From: an uncultured Fibrobacterota bacterium
Lineage (GTDB): Bacteria > Fibrobacterota > Chitinivibrionia > Chitinivibrionales > FEN-1185
NCBI GenBank assembly: GCA_963729895.1
Contig: CAVSQB010000003.1
Location: forward strand, 128,001 to 192,000
Reading direction: 5' to 3'
DNA: 64,000 nucleotides
Below the pieces are notes generated by a model that saw nothing but the letters and a program-made list of their open reading frames with translations, was not told the DNA's origin and searched no databases. Numbering within the stretch: position 1 is the first letter of the stretch; the number at the start of each line of letters is the position of its first letter. The position numbers and the translations under genes were made by a program. Below are positions 59,093-64,000 of this stretch, piece by piece.

Positions 59093-59734
59093 TTATCTCA
59101 ACACCGTGATGAGATTGCCGGCCTCCGAAACCCGCATGAAAGTACCCCCCGCAGTTGCCGGAAGTAAGCGTCCTCTGAGATCGCAACACTTCAGGTTTAC
59201 CGTTCCTGTTGCTATGGCTGGCACGTTCCTGACCGGCATGGTTCCGGTATAGGCCGGTAACACGATTGAGACGGCAGCTAAAGAGGATAGGACCGCAATG
59301 CCGTTATTTGAGTATGCGCCGGTAACCGAGTAGCATGGCAGAGAATTCGAGTAGCTTGCCGCAGCAGGTATCTCTGCAGATTTGTTCCACATTCGATACT
59401 CCAGCGGGTCACCGTCCCGGGCGCCCGCACACACGACGGCGGCATTGACTGAATCCCACCCCCACACCGTGAGGGCAATGTTTCCCGTGTAGGGCCACAC
59501 ACCTGCCCCTACACACAAGCCGCCTGTGGTGAAGATTCCTATTTCGTCCCCCGGGAGAAGAGCCGTGCCATTTATGGTGGGGTTGATGGCGCGAGGCACC
59601 ATCACGGTCATGTTGGAACCGGTATTTGCCTTGAATACAAAATGCGTTGTCTGGCCGAAAATCATTCCGGCCATTGCCAAAGACAGAAGCACAGCTCTCG
59701 ATTGGTTTGACCATCCTGAAAGTAATTTGAACAT
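59093..59734 (-). CDS. Secreted protein paralogous to the N-terminal domain of 47694-48911
   Basis: QTTHFVFKANTGSNMTV..GDEIGIF..LCVGAGVW..TVWG..YS.NGIAVLSSL; short tail CDLRGRL. Confidence 0.78.
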   Translation of the reverse strand: MFKLLSGWSNQSRAVLLSLAMAGMIFGQTTHFVFKANTGSNMTVMVPRAINPTINGTALLPGDEIGIFTTGGLCVGAGVWPYTGNIALTVWGWDSVNAAVVCAGARDGDPLEYRMWNKSAEIPAAASYSNSLPCYSVTGAYSNNGIAVLSSLAAVSIVLPAYTGTMPVRNVPAIATGTVNLKCCDLRGRLLPATAGGTFMRVSEAGNLITVLR

Positions 59735-59867
59735 ATGCTTCCCCCTTATGTCAACTTTTCGGTTGTCAAAAGCCCCTTGCATGCAGCCCGATACCGTTCT
59801 ATGCCGATTGTCCTGATGTTTTCGCGCATAAGTGAATCCTCCTGGATTGCACTGCGGAATATAAGAG

Positions 59868-59883
59868 GCAACTGGCGAGCCAA
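59868..59883 (-). promoter_or_regulatory. Putative sigma-54 (-24/-12) promoter
   Basis: Minus strand TTGGCTCGCCAGTTGC = TGGC-N7-TTGC, ~135 bp upstream of the 59734 ATG and next to a bEBP gene. Confidence 0.5.
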
Positions 59884-60075
59884 ATTCCTTGTTTGCAATT
59901 TGTTGCGTTGTAATCCAATGTCCGATAAGGAATAATGCCGAACGGCAAGCAGCTCAACAACCGGCAAAGCGTGGTTATTTTACCACAGGTGAACAAGAGG
60001 GAAAACGCGGGTTACGTCTTTTGTTACATCGGGTTGCGAACAGGGGTGGACGACTATGGCAAAACCACCTCACTT

Positions 60076-61458
60076 TTACACATCTTTCTTGACGGTCAAT
60101 CCGAATTGCTTTAACTTTTCATAAAAATTCTTTCTGTCTATTCCGGCCATTCTGGCCGCCTTGGCGATGTTTCCCGACGACGCATCAACAAGCGATTTGA
60201 AATATTCTTTTTCCGCGGCCGACAGCACCTTGTTCTTGAATTCCTTGTACGGCACCAAAATTTCCGCATCGTCATTTCCTCGTGCGCAGATTCCGAGAAT
60301 GCCGGCCACGTTCTCCAAGGTTATTATTTTGTTCATGCAGATGCCCTTAAGGTTCGACACCGTCATCTTCAACTGCCGTATGTTTCCGGGCCAGTCATGG
60401 CCCCGTAAGGCCGCCATTGCATCCGGAATAACAACATATTCTCCATCGGATAGAAAGTACCTGACCAGCACGGGTATGTCGTCCTTTCGCTCCCTTAACG
60501 GCAACAGAGAAATATGAGCGCCCCACAGCCGGTAATACAGGTCTTTGCGGAACGTCCCTTTTTCCATCATGGCAACAAGGTCGCAGTTCGTGGCGCACAC
60601 GATTCGCACGTCGGCATGCTTGAGTTCCGTGTCGCCGACCCTGTTGTATTCTCCTCTGTCCAGCACATGCAGAAGCCTGCTTTGCAACTCAAGCGGCAGA
60701 TCTCCTATTTCGTCGAGGAAAAGCGTGCCCCCTTCCGTCACCTCAAAATAGCCTTGTTTGGTCTTGACCGCGCCGGTGAACGCTCCCTGCACGTGGCCGA
60801 ACAGCTCCGACTCGATAAGCCCCTGGGGCAAGCCGGCGCAGTTGACGGTCGTGAAGGCGCACTTTGCCCGCGGGCTGAATTCGTGAATGCACCGAGCAAC
60901 CACTTCCTTGCCGGTGCCCGACTCTCCCGTTATCATCACAGGTATTTCAAGCGGGGCAATTTCAGAAATGTTCCGTCGTACCTCGGCAATATGGCCCGAT
61001 GACCCTATAAGCCCTTTCCCCTGGACGCCTGCATCCACCTCGATTTCGCGGTTTCTCTTGAGCAATCCCTGCATGCGCAACGCGCCCATGATGCTGTATT
61101 TGATCTGTTCGGCATTAAACGGCTTTGTGAGAAAGGTGTAGGCGCCGAGGTCCATTGCCCTTTCAAGCAAGTTCTGGTCCGGCATACCGGTGATCATGAT
61201 GACTTGGACTTGCGGGGAAAATTTCCGGATCTCCCCGAGCAACCTGAAGCCATCGGTGTTCGGCATGAATACATCGAGTATCACCACATCGTACGGTATC
61301 TGCAAAATGAGCGGGTCGGCTTCTACCGGATTATAGGCGGTGACTGAATATTTTTCATCCACAAGGACATCGCAAAGAAAAGTCCGCACCGTTTCCTCGT
61401 CGTCGGCAACGAGGATATGTGCACCTTGGTTCCGTGGTTGATCAGCTGATGAAGCCAT
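60076..61458 (-). CDS. NtrC-family sigma-54-dependent response regulator
   Basis: Receiver (ADDE, LDVFMP, KPF), GESGTGKE, ESELFGH..GAFTGA, FLDEIG, WPGNIRQL, Fis HTH. Confidence 0.94.
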   Translation of the reverse strand: MASSADQPRNQGAHILVADDEETVRTFLCDVLVDEKYSVTAYNPVEADPLILQIPYDVVILDVFMPNTDGFRLLGEIRKFSPQVQVIMITGMPDQNLLERAMDLGAYTFLTKPFNAEQIKYSIMGALRMQGLLKRNREIEVDAGVQGKGLIGSSGHIAEVRRNISEIAPLEIPVMITGESGTGKEVVARCIHEFSPRAKCAFTTVNCAGLPQGLIESELFGHVQGAFTGAVKTKQGYFEVTEGGTLFLDEIGDLPLELQSRLLHVLDRGEYNRVGDTELKHADVRIVCATNCDLVAMMEKGTFRKDLYYRLWGAHISLLPLRERKDDIPVLVRYFLSDGEYVVIPDAMAALRGHDWPGNIRQLKMTVSNLKGICMNKIITLENVAGILGICARGNDDAEILVPYKEFKNKVLSAAEKEYFKSLVDASSGNIAKAARMAGIDRKNFYEKLKQFGLTVKKDV

Positions 61459-61697
61459 ATCGATTTCTTCTACTTGATTATTGCTCCGCCAATGAGATAT
61501 GCACAAAACAAGATATCAATTTCACAGTACAAACAACCACGAATTTCGGGCATTTATTACTGCCGGAGTAATGATCGTACGCGAACGCCGCGCAGGTATG
61601 GAGAGCAAAACGCAAATCTGCATATATATCTTGATGGTACAGTCTTCACGATTTGTTGTCAATACAGTAAAACTGAACGCGCACACGAGGCATCGAG

Positions 61698-62840
61698 CTA
61701 CTCTTCCTCGAGAATATCCTCATCCTCAACCGGCATGAACCATTTCTGAGCGATGAATGTCGGAATAACCGCGCTCGCGACCACAACGCCGACCAGAATC
61801 GAGTACTGTGACTGATTAATGATCCCCGCCTGCAACCCGAAAAGGCTCGCTATTGTGCCGAATGTCAAACCCGTGCTCATGAGCAGTGTTGTGTACATGC
61901 TTCCTTGAGGTATGTATTTCTTGGCCAAAAAGTAAACGCCCAGAAATTTGGCGATAATTTTGAGAAAGAAGAACAACACAAAAAGACCCAGGCTTGCCGC
62001 TACGAGGGGGAAGGATATCCTCAGTCCGCCGACAATGAAGAAAACCGGCGTTATTATGGCATAGGCAACGGTGCGAAGCCTTATGACGACAAGGTGGTGC
62101 TCCGACTCCTTGCCGAAATATCTTGACATGAACAATCCAAGTACAAAAGCCGGCAGTACCGCGTGCCCCTCGCCGAGATTGGCGAAATAGACGAGCGTCA
62201 ACAAAAGCAGAAAAATGTACTTGATCTCGGATTCAACCACCTTGTTCCTAAATGCCGAATGGTTAAAAAGAAAATGAGAAAAGCAGGCCGCGACGACAAT
62301 CACCGCGACAGAAACAACATAGAACAGGAGCGTGAACCACGTCGGCTTGACAAAAATGACACTGAGCGCCAGGGCCGTACCCATGTCGGTGATGAACGTG
62401 GACGACATAAGCATTTTGCCGATGCGCGTGTCGGACAGCCCGCTTTCCGCAAGGACGGAATATACCACGGCCAGGGACGTCGTGGATAAGGCTATTCCCG
62501 CGATGAGAGCGGCCCGCGCATCCCAATGCAGGAAAAACAGCGCGACGACCGCGACCAGAACAAACGGCAGCAAGAACGAAAGGCCGCCGATGAGCACACT
62601 GCTCTTAAGATTCTCCTTCATCAATTTCGTGTCGATTTCGGTACCGGCAAGAAACGTAAGAATGATTCCGCCGAACCCTGCCAGATATTGCATCCATTCT
62701 TCGGTGCGCAGGCCGAAATTCCCTGCGATTGAACCGAGAAGTATTTCGACGATCGCAACGGATATGCCAAGACGTAATGAAATGATGCTGGCAACAAAGA
62801 TCATGAGGCCGGTACATAAGGGAATCGGGTCTGCGTGCAT
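61698..62840 (-). CDS. Cation:proton antiporter (CPA2/KefB-like), fluoride-riboswitch associated
   Basis: Polytopic; FLAGTEID, LSTTSLAVVY, TD, PVFFIVGG, LMSTGLTFG. Confidence 0.9.
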   Translation of the reverse strand: MHADPIPLCTGLMIFVASIISLRLGISVAIVEILLGSIAGNFGLRTEEWMQYLAGFGGIILTFLAGTEIDTKLMKENLKSSVLIGGLSFLLPFVLVAVVALFFLHWDARAALIAGIALSTTSLAVVYSVLAESGLSDTRIGKMLMSSTFITDMGTALALSVIFVKPTWFTLLFYVVSVAVIVVAACFSHFLFNHSAFRNKVVESEIKYIFLLLLTLVYFANLGEGHAVLPAFVLGLFMSRYFGKESEHHLVVIRLRTVAYAIITPVFFIVGGLRISFPLVAASLGLFVLFFFLKIIAKFLGVYFLAKKYIPQGSMYTTLLMSTGLTFGTIASLFGLQAGIINQSQYSILVGVVVASAVIPTFIAQKWFMPVEDEDILEEE

Positions 62841-62883
62841 GACGTCCTCCTACGTGAAAAAATGAGATGAGATCGACAAAAAG

Positions 62884-62943
62884 GTAGGAGTCATCAGCCA
62901 TGTTTGAAAAAAAACAGCGGTTAAAGGTGGAACCCCATCACCT
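62884..62943 (-). ncRNA. Fluoride riboswitch (crcB motif), proximal, translational platform
   Basis: GGTGATGGGGTTCCACC-TTTAACCGC..GCTGATGACTCCTAC; 3' CTCCTAC is complementary to SD GTAGGAG (62847-62853). Confidence 0.9.
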
Positions 62944-63097
62944 GAGGAAGAATGATCTTGAGATTTTATTCCCGGTCGGGCCTCCTTCCGATGAGTGCGC
63001 CGCAGCGGACCGTTCGTTGATTCGATCCGCCGCCGGGCAAGTGCCGGTCCTCATGAAATCCATCTTTTCTTCTTGGCAGCGGGCCGCATCTTTGCCC

Positions 63098-63136
63098 AAA
63101 AAAAAACTCCTGCTGATATTTCTTACCAGCAGGAGT
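63098..63136 (-). terminator. Riboswitch-controlled intrinsic terminator
   Basis: ACTCCTGCTG-loop-CAGCAGGAGT + T8; 5' arm overlaps the aptamer 3' end. Confidence 0.85.
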
Positions 63137-63179
63137 CATCAGCCAACATTGAGGCGGTTAGAGGCGAACTCCATCACCT
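63129..63179 (-). ncRNA. Fluoride riboswitch (crcB motif), distal, transcription-attenuator platform
   Basis: GGTGATGGAGTTCGCC-TCTAACCGC..GCTGATGACTCCTGC. Confidence 0.9.
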
Positions 63180-63397
63180 GAAATAAAAATATATCATGTG
63201 AACAAATTCGCCAAGACAAGACTTCAGGGCCGCACCAAAGTGCGGACCAGACGGCGCGTTTTATCTTCATTGTAGCCCTCCGGCCTCGGAAACGACGTAA
63301 TTTATGTTCGGCGGGAAAGGTTGCCGGGAGAACAAAATAAGGCCGCCGCCCCAAACGATATCCCGGGGCATGTTTCAAACAAACGGAAAAAGGGACC

Positions 63398-63733
63398 ATG
63401 AAGAATATCTTCACCTATACGAATTTCAGGAAGTACCTCAAAGACTTCTACCTGAAGGGAAAGAAGGAAAATCCCGAGTTTTCGCACCGGTGGATCGTGC
63501 GCCAACTGGGGCTGTCGACTTCCAACTATTTCCTGTCGATCATGGAGGGACGGCGGAACCTGCCGGGCAACGTGTCGCTGCGCCTTACAAAATTCCTTGG
63601 GTTGAACAAGAAAGAGACTCTTTACTTTGAGTATATGGTCGCTTGGCTGCAATCCAAGACAACGTTTGAAAAAGACGAGTATTGGTCCCGCATGGCCGGG
63701 CTCAACCCCAGGCTCAGGAAGAAGAGACGCTGA
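63398..63733 (+). CDS. TIGR02147-like protein, N-terminal HTH portion only (111 aa)
   Basis: MKNIFTY.NFRKYLKDFY..K..FS.R..LGL..NY..GRRNL..E..YF pattern of the Fibrobacter paralog family. Confidence 0.7.
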   Translation: MKNIFTYTNFRKYLKDFYLKGKKENPEFSHRWIVRQLGLSTSNYFLSIMEGRRNLPGNVSLRLTKFLGLNKKETLYFEYMVAWLQSKTTFEKDEYWSRMAGLNPRLRKKRR

Positions 63734-63834
63734 GCTGAGAGCACGACTTCACGTAAAGCTCTTTGCATACGAGAATTCTTCGCTTCGCTCGCATTGACCG
63801 CCCGAGCCCCTCCTTGCCGGTCCCAGCTAAAAGA

Positions 63835-63866
63835 AACGCCGGAGAGGCCTCTGCCTCCCCGGCGTT
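63835..63866. terminator. Hairpin between convergent genes
   Basis: AACGCCGGAGAGGC-ctct-GCCTCCCCGGCGTT. Confidence 0.5.
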
Positions 63867-63890
63867 CTCCGTTCTCTATGAGCAATAGAC

Positions 63891-64000
63891 CTATTTCTTC
63901 GGGACCACGGGCGCCGGAACCACCGGCTTTGCCGCCGCCGATTGCATCTGCTGCTGTGCGGAAAGGGCCATGAGCTGCTGACGGAACTGTTCCGCCCGTT
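63891..64000 (-). CDS. 3' end of a gene entering from beyond the window
   Basis: Open frame ..RAEQFRQQLMALSAQQQMQSAAAKPVVPAPVVPKK* ending TAG at 63891. Confidence 0.6.
   Translation of the reverse strand, partial: RAEQFRQQLMALSAQQQMQSAAAKPVVPAPVVPKK

Noticed and set aside
62938..63063. 41-aa ORF between the two riboswitches (MDFMRTGTCP..)
   Set aside because: No convincing SD or recognisable features; likely incidental.

Overview
A roughly 60% GC bacterial chromosomal segment, probably Fibrobacterota (Chitinivibrionia/Chitinispirillia-like). This is an inference from a TIGR02147-like gene, a eukaryotic-type hisA and several secreted proteins with T9SS/FlgD-like C-terminal tails. Contents in order: recD2 and an unannotated 33-aa basic bS22/AURKAIP1-like peptide; a Cu/Ag resistance block (Cys-rich ORF, YHS protein, cusCBA, copA, CDF transporter); housekeeping genes (hisA, htpX, dCMP deaminase, rpiB, ECF sigma/anti-sigma/Spy, xerC, yjbQ, rfbA/rfbC); and a ~14 kb non-canonical type II FAS/PKS-like cluster (29.4-43.6 kb). 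The core of that cluster is a cobalamin-dependent radical SAM enzyme fused in one chain to a KS plus CLF-like didomain, followed by a second KS-CLF didomain, an ACP, a GcvT-like protein and a GNAT/FeeM-like protein. FabG, FabD, a FabZ-fold dehydratase, a PlsC acyltransferase and an Fe-S flavoprotein-SCP2 fusion lie alongside. The rest holds anmK, a 2749-aa repeat adhesin with two genes sharing a domain with it, two complete IS elements with visible IRs and TSDs, an NtrC-type regulator, and a CPA2 antiporter behind tandem fluoride riboswitches. A covarying, structured ~150-200 nt repeat occurs 4 times plus a partial copy, each time downstream of a minus-strand gene. No tRNA, rRNA or CRISPR array was seen. 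All calls come from reading motifs by eye; no database searches were run.
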